The position numbers and the translations under genes were made by a program. From Propionibacteriaceae bacterium (GTDB lineage: Bacteria; Actinomycetota; Actinomycetes; Propionibacteriales; Propionibacteriaceae), in contig JAIRQE010000015.1 in the NCBI GenBank assembly GCA_031256725.1, positions 109,149-141,148 on the forward strand: a DNA stretch of 32,000 nt, read 5' to 3'. Positions 8,552-16,135 of this stretch are shown one piece after another; position 1 is the first letter of the stretch; the number at the start of each line of letters is the position of its first letter. The notes beneath the pieces were generated by a model that was not told the DNA's origin, did not search any database, and saw nothing but the letters and a program-made list of their open reading frames with translations.

Positions 8552-8609
8552 CTCGCGTAATGTCTATTACAAGCTACTTATGAACATTTAAAGACATATT
8601 GGAGGAATT

Positions 8610-8846
8610 ATGGACGGTGGTCACATGATTCGCCCTTCGCAAGCGGCCAAAATTGTGGGAGTTCATTATCGAACAATGATGAAATGGATACATGGTGGAT
8701 TAGCTCCGCATTCTCGGTTGCCGAACGGATTTTATCGAATTGATGAGAGGTGGGCTAGGAGCCAGGTAGTACCCGGTTTAGGAATCCTAGTCGATGCTGG
8801 CCGATGTTCTTCGGATACTTCCACGGGGTTAACTGATGTCTCTTGA
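8610..8846 (+). CDS. Excisionase/MerR-like (HTH_17-type) small DNA-binding protein
   Basis: 78 aa. IRPSQAAKIVGVHYRTMMKWIHGGLAPHSRLPNGFYRIDERW resembles Xis/AlpA-type helix-turn-helix proteins. The gene has a good RBS. Confidence 0.65.
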   Translation: MDGGHMIRPSQAAKIVGVHYRTMMKWIHGGLAPHSRLPNGFYRIDERWARSQVVPGLGILVDAGRCSSDTSTGLTDVS

Positions 8847-9894
8847 AGCTACTGGGTGGGCCTGGAATCAGACGGGGTTGAATACCTCGCAGAAAATTGT
8901 TTTGTTGGCCTTGGCTGATCAGGTCCGTTCTGCGGAGTCTGGGTGTTTTCCGATGGTGTCGTCGTTGATGGCGAAGAGTGAGTTATCTAAGACGAGTGTT
9001 ATCAGGGCGATCAGAGAGTTGGAGGCTCGTGGTTTGGTTGCGGCTTTTCCTTTACCGAGTCGTCATGGTGGGAGGCAGCATGCGAATTACTATTTGTTGG
9101 CTATTCATGGTGATTTAGATGTGAGTCGTATTGATTTAGACCGGGTGTATCGGTTGATTGAGAGGTCTGAGTTAACGGATCACGATCCCGAGTATTCCGC
9201 TTCTGTGAATAATAATGCCACCGAAATGATGGGTACCGCTGGCGACATGGGTACCGCTAGCGGTACCCATGTCAATTTGACACCCATGGTTGACAAGGGG
9301 AAACAGGGTATGGGTACCGCTGGCGACACCCATACCGCGGACGACATGGGTACCGCTGGCGATAGGGGTATGGGTACCGCTGGCGACACCCATCTATATA
9401 AGGAATTAACCAGGAATTTAAAACCTAACCTAACCGGTGTTGGTGAGGTTGGGTCGGGTGTGGATTTGAATGTGGTGTGGGAATGTTTACCTGCACGGTG
9501 GGGGGAGCATTTAGATTCGTCTGGGCTGCAGGTTGTGGGTCACCACTTGGCGGGGTTATTGGATGCTGGGTGGACTCCCCAGAGGATTCGATGTGTGCTG
9601 GAATCTAATCCGTTGCCGGAATCTCCAAAATCGTGGGTGGGTTTGATATCTCATCGGGTGAAGGGTGTTCCTGCTGTCCCACCTCGTCTGGCTCAATCTG
9701 AGGCACCACGGTTACGGGTGGTGGAGGCTCCAGTGGTTCCTGACCCGTTGTGGGTTCAGGTTATGCGTACTGCGAAGGCTGCGGGTGAACTGGTGCCAGC
9801 TCCGTTTAGTCCTCGGTTTGGTGAGTGGTTGAAAGACCGTGACCAGGGTGCGTGGGAAGTGTGGTTGGCTGAGTCATCGGGGGAGGCTGCATGA
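8836..9894 (+). CDS. HTH_36-type (phage/plasmid replication-initiator-like) DNA-binding protein with an internal MGTAGD repeat region
   Basis: The N-terminus LNTSQKIVLLALADQV...GCFPMVSSLMAKSELSKTSVIRAIRELEARGLV is typical of the winged-helix HTH_36 domain found in Rep/primosome-loader-like proteins. The central part is encoded by the repeat array at 9229-9393. Confidence 0.65.
   Translation: MSLEATGWAWNQTGLNTSQKIVLLALADQVRSAESGCFPMVSSLMAKSELSKTSVIRAIRELEARGLVAAFPLPSRHGGRQHANYYLLAIHGDLDVSRIDLDRVYRLIERSELTDHDPEYSASVNNNATEMMGTAGDMGTASGTHVNLTPMVDKGKQGMGTAGDTHTADDMGTAGDRGMGTAGDTHLYKELTRNLKPNLTGVGEVGSGVDLNVVWECLPARWGEHLDSSGLQVVGHHLAGLLDAGWTPQRIRCVLESNPLPESPKSWVGLISHRVKGVPAVPPRLAQSEAPRLRVVEAPVVPDPLWVQVMRTAKAAGELVPAPFSPRFGEWLKDRDQGAWEVWLAESSGEAA
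9229..9393. repeat. Iteron-like array: five copies of ATGGGTACCGCTGGCGA(C), one a perfect 24-bp palindrome
   Basis: Copies lie at 9229-9246, 9247-9270 (ATGGGTACCGCTAGCGGTACCCAT, a perfect palindrome), 9310-9333, 9346-9363 and 9370-9393. The stretches 9306-9333 and 9366-9393 are 28/28 identical. An AT-rich block (9394-9432) follows directly. Confidence 0.85.
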
Positions 9895-11042
9895 GTAAGA
9901 AAGTCAGCACGTGGCCAGAAATCCTTGTTGATTTCACGTTAGGGGCCGTGACGATTGGGGGGTCATCGTCACAGTTTGATGACCCTGACACTGCCCACAC
10001 TGAGGCGATTACGAGGATTCGGGGTTGGTCATCCCGGTTGAAGCGGGATTTGAATGCCACGGTGGTGTACTCAGATCGGCTGGCATCGTGGGTAGTGCCG
10101 TGTGACCCTGATGTTGAGGTTTCTGAGACTGTCACGAAAACTTTACGTGTCAAGATGCGACAGGTTCAGAAAAAAGTGGATCTCCCGAGGACAGTACCTA
10201 ATCCTGCGGATCGATCTAAGGGGAAGAAGGAGTGTGAGGAACACGAGTTTTCGGATTTGTTGGAGCTTGATTCTGGGGATGATGTTGGTATTGATGGTCT
10301 GTTGGCTAGTGCTGGAGCTGCTGATGGGTACGTGGGAGGTATTCAGAATCGTGGCGTGAAAGTGGTGATTGGGTTAGGGGTTGCGGTTATTGGGGTCATG
10401 GTTGTGGGGGTGGGATGGCTGGCTCATATGCCGTTACCGGTGACTGAGATTACTGCTACTGCAACTGTGACTGTGACTGGTAGGTCATCACCGTCGCCTC
10501 GGGTGTCGGTGACTCCAACTCCAACGAGTTCTCCAACTATGTTTGATACTGAGTCTAGTTCGGTTTCATCTGATGGTTCCGCTAGCGCGACTGTGACTCC
10601 TCGTGCGACAGCGGTGAATACTACGAGGGCTTCGAGTCAGGCCCCGGCAGTTCCTGTTCCTACTGTTGCAGCGCCACAACCTGCTCCAGCGACCACTCAA
10701 GTGGCACCTCCACCGGCTACTACAGCCCCACCACCTCCGCCACCTCCACCGCCTCCTGCTCCGGTGGCTCCGACGATTTCGAGTGTGACGTGTTCACGTT
10801 CGGGTACGAATATTTCGTCGAATGTGAGTTTCAATACGAATGGGACGAGTGGGACGGTGAGTATTAGTGTCTCGTATTCGGGTGGGGGCGCGGCTGGGTC
10901 TACTCAAAGTCGTTCGGTGAGTGGTGGGAATACGAGCGCGAATGCGGCGTGGGCGGGGATCCCATCGGACGCACCTGTGACATGTACCGCAACGATTTCA
11001 ACAACGTCTGGCTCCAGCAGTAAGTCAGCCGCAACAACATGA
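9891..11042 (+). CDS. Single-pass membrane protein with an S/T/P-rich extracytoplasmic region (contains a Pro10 run)
   Basis: 383-aa ORF with an ATGA overlap to the upstream gene. It has one TM segment (VVIGLGVAVIGVMVVGVGWLA). After it come T/S/P-rich linkers and a ~90-aa Cys-containing C-terminal domain. I recognise no family. Confidence 0.6.
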   Translation: MSKKVSTWPEILVDFTLGAVTIGGSSSQFDDPDTAHTEAITRIRGWSSRLKRDLNATVVYSDRLASWVVPCDPDVEVSETVTKTLRVKMRQVQKKVDLPRTVPNPADRSKGKKECEEHEFSDLLELDSGDDVGIDGLLASAGAADGYVGGIQNRGVKVVIGLGVAVIGVMVVGVGWLAHMPLPVTEITATATVTVTGRSSPSPRVSVTPTPTSSPTMFDTESSSVSSDGSASATVTPRATAVNTTRASSQAPAVPVPTVAAPQPAPATTQVAPPPATTAPPPPPPPPPPAPVAPTISSVTCSRSGTNISSNVSFNTNGTSGTVSISVSYSGGGAAGSTQSRSVSGGNTSANAAWAGIPSDAPVTCTATISTTSGSSSKSAATT

Positions 11043-14000
11043 GCCTCGGTGGTCATCCACTGGGGATGGTCGAAGAAAGGAAAGGGGAGGGTATGTATAC
11101 CTCGTCAATGTGGAGAAGGAAGCTCCATCGCAACCGACCTTGTGTCGGTTTTATGGGCAGGGTAGCCGCTTTTACTCTGTCTATTGCTCTGATTGGGATG
11201 ATCGCTCCGACAGCTGTTGCTGTCGAGGTTGGCAACCGTGCGTATGGTTATAGTGTGAGTTGGAGTGGTGGGAAAATTGGTCGTTACGATGGGATGTGGA
11301 TTGGATCCTATTGGACTGACATGGGTGAGGCATTTTGTGTGACTCCTCGTGGTACATCACCAACTAACGGTACTGGTTCGGGTGCGTGGTGGCTGGATGG
11401 GTGGTCGAACCAGGAGGGTGAGCAGATGACCACTCAGCAGTTGGCTCAGGCCGCGTTTCTGGCGTATTCGTATACGCAGTGGGAATCCAACCCACAAAAT
11501 GCAGCTATCATTAAGTTGGCGTTGTTGAGTGTGTTGGGTTTGGATAACGCTGAGGTGTATGGGGCTAATGGTGCTCGTGCTAATTTTGATGTCCGAGTTC
11601 CTGGCAGTGATGGTCGTATTATTGCGGACCAGTTGGGTCTGACCAGTGTGATTTTGGATTGGATTGCGCGCGCGCAGGCGCGGGCATCGACGTGGAATGG
11701 TGTCACGTCGGGGACGAAACATAACTTGAATGAGATTCGTTATCCGGGCGACACTATTAACTATGAGGTGAATTTTCCGGGTATTCCTGCCGGCTATGAT
11801 GTCTTTTGGACTATCACGAAACCGGATGGTGCTACGGTGTCGGTCACGACACAAACTAATGCTAGTGGTACTGCTGCGTTGGAGTGGGATACTCTCCCGG
11901 ATCTACTTGGGGAGTATAAGGTGAAGTGGCAGATTTTGAATGTTCCACCTCGTATTCCTTTAGCGTTTTATGGGCCTGGTCGGCCCGCACAGTTGTTGTA
12001 TATTGCTGTACCGGACACAGGACGGAAAGAGGACCCAGATAAGGTTTCATTCATCCATGATGGTGAGTTGGGTATTGAGACCCAGATTTCTGATCAGGCT
12101 GCTGAACCGGGGTCCACGATTACTGATACAGTCAGGGCGACTGGTTTAGTGCCTATGGTGTATGGAAAGTCTGTGTCGTGGAAGTTCACGGGATCGATTT
12201 TTAAGACTGCACCTGATAGTTATGGTTCGTGTCAGGAAGCGGATTGGTCTACGGGTAAAGCTGAGCAGGTTCATTCGTTTACAGAGCCGGTTCCTGCTGC
12301 GTCGATTGTTGATTATGCGGTTGAGATGACGATGGGATCGTATATGATCCCGGTGATGCACCCTGCGACGTGTTACACGTATCAGGTCAAACTGCATGGC
12401 ACATATGATGGTATGAATGAGGATCTATCGGTATCGCATGAGTTGGGTATGACGACAGAGACAACACTTGTTCGTAGTGATTTACCTGTGGTGACCTCAG
12501 CGGTGTCGAATCAGTCTGCGAATCCTGGTGAAACAATCACGGACACTGTCGAGATTACGAATATTACATTGAGGTCGGGTGTGACGTGGACACTGACGGG
12601 TACGCTCGTGGAAGCGGTCCCGGTTGATGGGGCATGTAGCAAGGTGGACTGGGGTAAGGGCACTCCAGTGAAAACGTATGAGACTGTGGTGACTGCGGCC
12701 CGGGTGTCGAATAAGACAGCGATACTATCTGGTTTGGGTGGATATGTGATTCCGAATCTACAGGAACAGATGTGCTACTCGTATGGGGCCACATTGACTG
12801 TGGTGGGTGCGGATGTGGATGTGACAGTGGAGCATCCGGTGGGTCATCCGACGCAAACCACACTGTCAAAAGATGGTCGCCCGACGTTGTCGAGTGAGAT
12901 TTCGACTCAGTCTGCGAATCCTGGTGAAACGATCACGGATACGGTGATTCTCACAAACCTGTGGATGGGTACGGGTGTGACGTGGACCGTGACAGGCATC
13001 CTCGTGGAAGCGGTCCCGGTTGATGGGGCATGTAGCAAGGTTGCCTGGGGTCAAGCCACTCAGGTGACCTCGTATGAGATGGTTGTTCAACCATCACAGG
13101 TGAATACATCTCGGACGGCACGGTTGACTGGTGTGGGGGCGTATGCGATCCCGGTGGGCCAAACCCAAATGTGTTACTCGTATGGGGTCACATTGACTGG
13201 TTCTGGTTCTGGGATCACAACAACGCGCTATGACCATCCTGTGGGTCATATGACGCAAACCACACTGTCAAAAGATGGAGTCCCGACGTTGTCGTCGCAG
13301 GTGTCACAACAAATGGCGATGCCTGGGGATACGATCACGGATACTGTCCGGGTTCGGAATCTGTGGATCACACCGTCTGTAACATGGGTGTTAACAACGG
13401 TGATTGCGGCTGCTGATCCTGTTCAGGGGTCCTGTGCGGGTGTGAACTGGGTGACCTCGCAGACGGTTCACACGTCTACCACAACGTTGACACCAGTCAT
13501 GGTTGATGCGAACCATCAGGTAACTCTGCCAGGTTTGGGTGCGTACCGCATTCCGTACAACCAACCGATTATGTGCTACTCGTATGGTGCTGTGTTGACG
13601 GCGAGTGGTGAGGGGGCTGTACCGGTCACAGTGACGCATGCCATTGGTGATGTGGCCCAAACTGCACTGGCAATGCGTGATGGGCTCATTATTATCACCG
13701 AGACCCAGATCTCGAATCAGATGGCGAATCCTGGTGAAACGATTAGGGATTACGCGCGTGCTGAAGGTCTGGTCTCGGAGTTCGACGGTGATCCAATGAA
13801 ATGGGTTTTCGAGGGAGACCTCCATCAGGCAACGGCTGACGACAATGGTGAATGTACTGACGTTGATTGGACTGATACAGAGATCGTGTACTCATGGATG
13901 ACGAAAGTAGACAATTCAAAGATCCAACTCTATGGTGTTGTGGAAGAAACCATGGGCATCTACACGATTCCTCGGTTTGAGGACGCTCACTGTTACTCAT

Positions 14001-14701
14001 ACGAAGTCAAACTCACAGGCTATTTGAATGATGAAGAGTTTTTGTCGACCTACCACCCGGTAGGTCACATAACCGAGTCCACACTGGTGCGTAGTGACAT
14101 GCCCACGATTGTTACTCAGATTTCGAATCAGAAGGCAACTCCTGGTGACACGATCAGTGACATGGTGATGATCAGCAACTTGCATTTTGATCCTGTCGAT
14201 GACGCACCGTTATCATGGAACATGCAAGGCATCCTCGTGAAAGCGGCCCCGGTGGATGCAGGCTGTGCGACAGTGGACTGGACTCACGGCAAAACTGTGC
14301 ATGAATTCTCTGCTCTCATAACTGAAGACATGCTGGTTGAAGATTCCCCGAACTCATATACCGTTGCCGGTTTGGGTGCCTATACGATCCCGTCAGGCGA
14401 ACCAGAAATGTGTTACACATTTGGGGAGACGCTTATTGCTGCCTGGGAATCATCCGACGACCCAGATGATCCTAGTGAGGAGCCACCCACCACAGTCCAC
14501 CCGGTTGGGCATGTTCAACAAACCACACTGGTTCCGTCAGGGATTAAGCCTGTCGCGACTGGTGGCACAGTTGTGACTGACCGGAATCTGTTGTTGGTGG
14601 TTGTGTTGTCATCACTGGTCATGATTGGTGGTTACGGTATTGCTACAGGGATAGGACGCATACGCAGCCACCGTCAACGTTCACTGCCTTCACAGCGGTG
14701 A
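11039..14701 (+). CDS. Large surface adhesin: signal peptide, N-terminal unique domain, six ~130-aa Ig-like repeats, C-terminal sortase-type anchor
   Basis: 1220-aa ORF. ATG 11039 overlaps the upstream stop as ATGA. An alternative ATG at 11093 follows a GGGGAGG RBS. Signal-like segment: RVAAFTLSIALIGMIAPTAVA. The six repeats are described in the next feature. The C-terminus is PVATGG (14549-14566) followed by a hydrophobic helix and an RIRSHRQR tail. Confidence 0.8.
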   Translation: MSLGGHPLGMVEERKGEGMYTSSMWRRKLHRNRPCVGFMGRVAAFTLSIALIGMIAPTAVAVEVGNRAYGYSVSWSGGKIGRYDGMWIGSYWTDMGEAFCVTPRGTSPTNGTGSGAWWLDGWSNQEGEQMTTQQLAQAAFLAYSYTQWESNPQNAAIIKLALLSVLGLDNAEVYGANGARANFDVRVPGSDGRIIADQLGLTSVILDWIARAQARASTWNGVTSGTKHNLNEIRYPGDTINYEVNFPGIPAGYDVFWTITKPDGATVSVTTQTNASGTAALEWDTLPDLLGEYKVKWQILNVPPRIPLAFYGPGRPAQLLYIAVPDTGRKEDPDKVSFIHDGELGIETQISDQAAEPGSTITDTVRATGLVPMVYGKSVSWKFTGSIFKTAPDSYGSCQEADWSTGKAEQVHSFTEPVPAASIVDYAVEMTMGSYMIPVMHPATCYTYQVKLHGTYDGMNEDLSVSHELGMTTETTLVRSDLPVVTSAVSNQSANPGETITDTVEITNITLRSGVTWTLTGTLVEAVPVDGACSKVDWGKGTPVKTYETVVTAARVSNKTAILSGLGGYVIPNLQEQMCYSYGATLTVVGADVDVTVEHPVGHPTQTTLSKDGRPTLSSEISTQSANPGETITDTVILTNLWMGTGVTWTVTGILVEAVPVDGACSKVAWGQATQVTSYEMVVQPSQVNTSRTARLTGVGAYAIPVGQTQMCYSYGVTLTGSGSGITTTRYDHPVGHMTQTTLSKDGVPTLSSQVSQQMAMPGDTITDTVRVRNLWITPSVTWVLTTVIAAADPVQGSCAGVNWVTSQTVHTSTTTLTPVMVDANHQVTLPGLGAYRIPYNQPIMCYSYGAVLTASGEGAVPVTVTHAIGDVAQTALAMRDGLIIITETQISNQMANPGETIRDYARAEGLVSEFDGDPMKWVFEGDLHQATADDNGECTDVDWTDTEIVYSWMTKVDNSKIQLYGVVEETMGIYTIPRFEDAHCYSYEVKLTGYLNDEEFLSTYHPVGHITESTLVRSDMPTIVTQISNQKATPGDTISDMVMISNLHFDPVDDAPLSWNMQGILVKAAPVDAGCATVDWTHGKTVHEFSALITEDMLVEDSPNSYTVAGLGAYTIPSGEPEMCYTFGETLIAAWESSDDPDDPSEEPPTTVHPVGHVQQTTLVPSGIKPVATGGTVVTDRNLLLVVVLSSLVMIGGYGIATGIGRIRSHRQRSLPSQR
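12074..14530 (+). repeat. Six tandem ~130-aa domain repeats inside the adhesin gene
   Basis: Each repeat starts (T/S)Q(I/V)SxQxAxPG(E/D)TI(T/R)D, has two conserved Cys (G.C..V.W and (M/H/T)CY(S/T)(Y/F)), and ends HP(V/I)GHxxQTTL. Repeats 2 and 3 share exact DNA blocks 396 bp apart, for example 41 bp at 12605-12645 = 13001-13041. Confidence 0.85.
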
Positions 14702-14711
14702 CATGCTGGGG

Positions 14712-14781
14712 GGATCATCCGTTAGTTGGGCCTACATTCCCCACTTAGTAGACCCAAGCCCCCGACTCCGACGGATGATCC
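14712..14781 (+). other. Long imperfect nested stem-loop downstream of the adhesin gene
   Basis: GGATCATCCGT (14712-14722) pairs with ACGGATGATCC (14771-14781). The inner arms are TTGGGCCTAC (14726-14735) and GTAGACCCAA (14748-14757), with 1 mismatch. Confidence 0.55.
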
Positions 14782-14800
14782 TCCTTGCCCCTCCCACAAT

Positions 14801-14830
14801 GGTGGGGACTCATCTGGCAGAGTCCCCACC
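14801..14830 (+). terminator. GC-rich 10-bp stem / 10-nt loop hairpin (possible terminator or attenuator, no U-tract)
   Basis: GGTGGGGACT (14801-14810) is the exact reverse complement of AGTCCCCACC (14821-14830). Confidence 0.4.
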
Positions 14831-14881
14831 TCAGGAGGATACATTTTCAGCTTTGAGACTCCACAAGACAAGTAAAGGACT

Positions 14882-16105
14882 ATGATGGATATCATGGAAA
14901 CCCCACCGAGTGTCCCACTGACCTCACCCCGAACACTACGTAGACTTCTGGTTATCATTCCCACACTAGTAGTAGGTGTGGCTCTCATAATTCTCGGGAT
15001 TTACTCTTTCCCGCGACCCTTGGTTTCGGATCCGGACACCCATGGCACAGTCACTGTGGGTGCCAACCACTTGGCTGCTGTATTGAGGAATGCTTCCCAC
15101 AAAACGGAATGGGTCCAACGAGACAGAACCATTGATCAAAGCCCCAATCAAACGAATGCCGCCTACGTCTTTGAAACAACCTCGTTGTCATCTGATGCGC
15201 GCAGCCTTATTCTGATCAAGACTCTCATCGACGGCTGTCAAGAAACCCAGACAGAGGCGACGACAGTGATTGATCCCACCCTCGTACGGGTAACCAAACT
15301 TCCCATCAACCAGATCCAACGAAAAGAAGGAAAACTGCGAGTTGTTGGCTCACGATACATGACCGCTCTCCTGAAACGTCTTGATTACTGTGACGGTAAT
15401 CTAGTGGAGCAGATGGCACGGATGACCACTGATCTCACCGATGAAAAAACCAGTGCAGCGCTCCTGGTGGCTACCGAGGATAACGACGCTATGCGAGTCA
15501 CTGTCGTCGAGGCCATTACAGGTGCGCGTGACCTCCACACGTCCACAGCAGGACAAGTAGCAGATGACGCCACCAGGGTCACCCTAGAAGCAACAATCAG
15601 CGAAGCTGAGGCAATGCTGAACGACGCACAACCGCTCCTCTGGGAAGAGCTCGATCAGCAAACCCAGCACCTCGCGCAACTGAACACGAGAATCGAAACC
15701 GACACAGCGGCTGTCCACCAATCGCACAACCAATGGGCAAATCCAACCCCACAACGGACCCAAGGATCATCCCAGCCGTCCAACTCCAATCGAACGACGA
15801 CAGGATCCAACAGGTCACAATCCTCCACAGGAGGATCATCAGGAACGGTCTCCACCCCCACAACGACTACACCCCAAGCCAAAGCAGTCATCACATGGCG
15901 GCAGTACACCTCGGATGGGATCTGCGAGTTTGGAGGGTACATCAGTGAAGCCTCCACCCAACAAATGTGGGTTGGTATCACAGGGTTCCCGTCCGAAACC
16001 GACACAGCATTCCCCCCCTCACACAGAAAAGGTGAAACATGGGCCTACGGATTCGCGTCATGTCCCACCACTGATGTCAACCTACTCTGGGCAGAACTAC
16101 GATGA
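14882..16105 (+). CDS. N-terminally membrane-anchored protein of unknown function (candidate T4SS scaffold component)
   Basis: 407-aa ORF with an AAAGGA RBS. It has one N-terminal TM (LLVIIPTLVVGVALIILGIY), a helical central region, an S/T/N-rich linker and a small Cys-containing C-terminal domain. The VirB8-like role is only a positional guess. Confidence 0.55.
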   Translation: MMDIMETPPSVPLTSPRTLRRLLVIIPTLVVGVALIILGIYSFPRPLVSDPDTHGTVTVGANHLAAVLRNASHKTEWVQRDRTIDQSPNQTNAAYVFETTSLSSDARSLILIKTLIDGCQETQTEATTVIDPTLVRVTKLPINQIQRKEGKLRVVGSRYMTALLKRLDYCDGNLVEQMARMTTDLTDEKTSAALLVATEDNDAMRVTVVEAITGARDLHTSTAGQVADDATRVTLEATISEAEAMLNDAQPLLWEELDQQTQHLAQLNTRIETDTAAVHQSHNQWANPTPQRTQGSSQPSNSNRTTTGSNRSQSSTGGSSGTVSTPTTTTPQAKAVITWRQYTSDGICEFGGYISEASTQQMWVGITGFPSETDTAFPPSHRKGETWAYGFASCPTTDVNLLWAELR

Positions 16106-16135
16106 CGTGGTGAGCCAAGGTTGATGCCTTTTGGT

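Noticed and set aside
9172-9393. Two minus-strand ORFs (73 and 69 aa) with GTH/SGTH repeats
   Set aside because: They are mirror images of the palindromic GGTACC repeat array inside the Rep-like gene and do not look like independent genes.
9229-9393. Possible CRISPR array
   Set aside because: The repeats are only 17-24 bp. The spacers are 0-39 bp and irregular. Everything is in frame within a CDS, and no cas genes or leader are present.
10728-10757. Run of ten consecutive proline codons
   Set aside because: It fits a P/T/S-rich extracellular linker. The codons are mixed (CCA/CCT/CCG), so it is not a slippery DNA repeat. The only implication is EF-P dependence.
11336-11460. Thioester domain in the adhesin N-terminus (AFCVT Cys100 and AQAAFLAYS Gln137)
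   Set aside because: The two motifs only loosely match the thioester-domain consensus as I recall it. They are ~37 aa apart, much closer than the ~100-150 aa I recall for characterised thioester domains. I kept this as a note, not a call.
14703-14885. 60-aa plus-strand ORF in the gap after the adhesin gene
   Set aside because: It has no RBS. It runs straight through both arms of two strong hairpins and is better explained as structured non-coding RNA/DNA.
16012-16018. C7 homopolymer (and T7 at 18131-18137) as phase-variation switches
   Set aside because: The tracts are short, each sits within a conserved-looking reading frame, and nothing in a single sequence indicates length variation.
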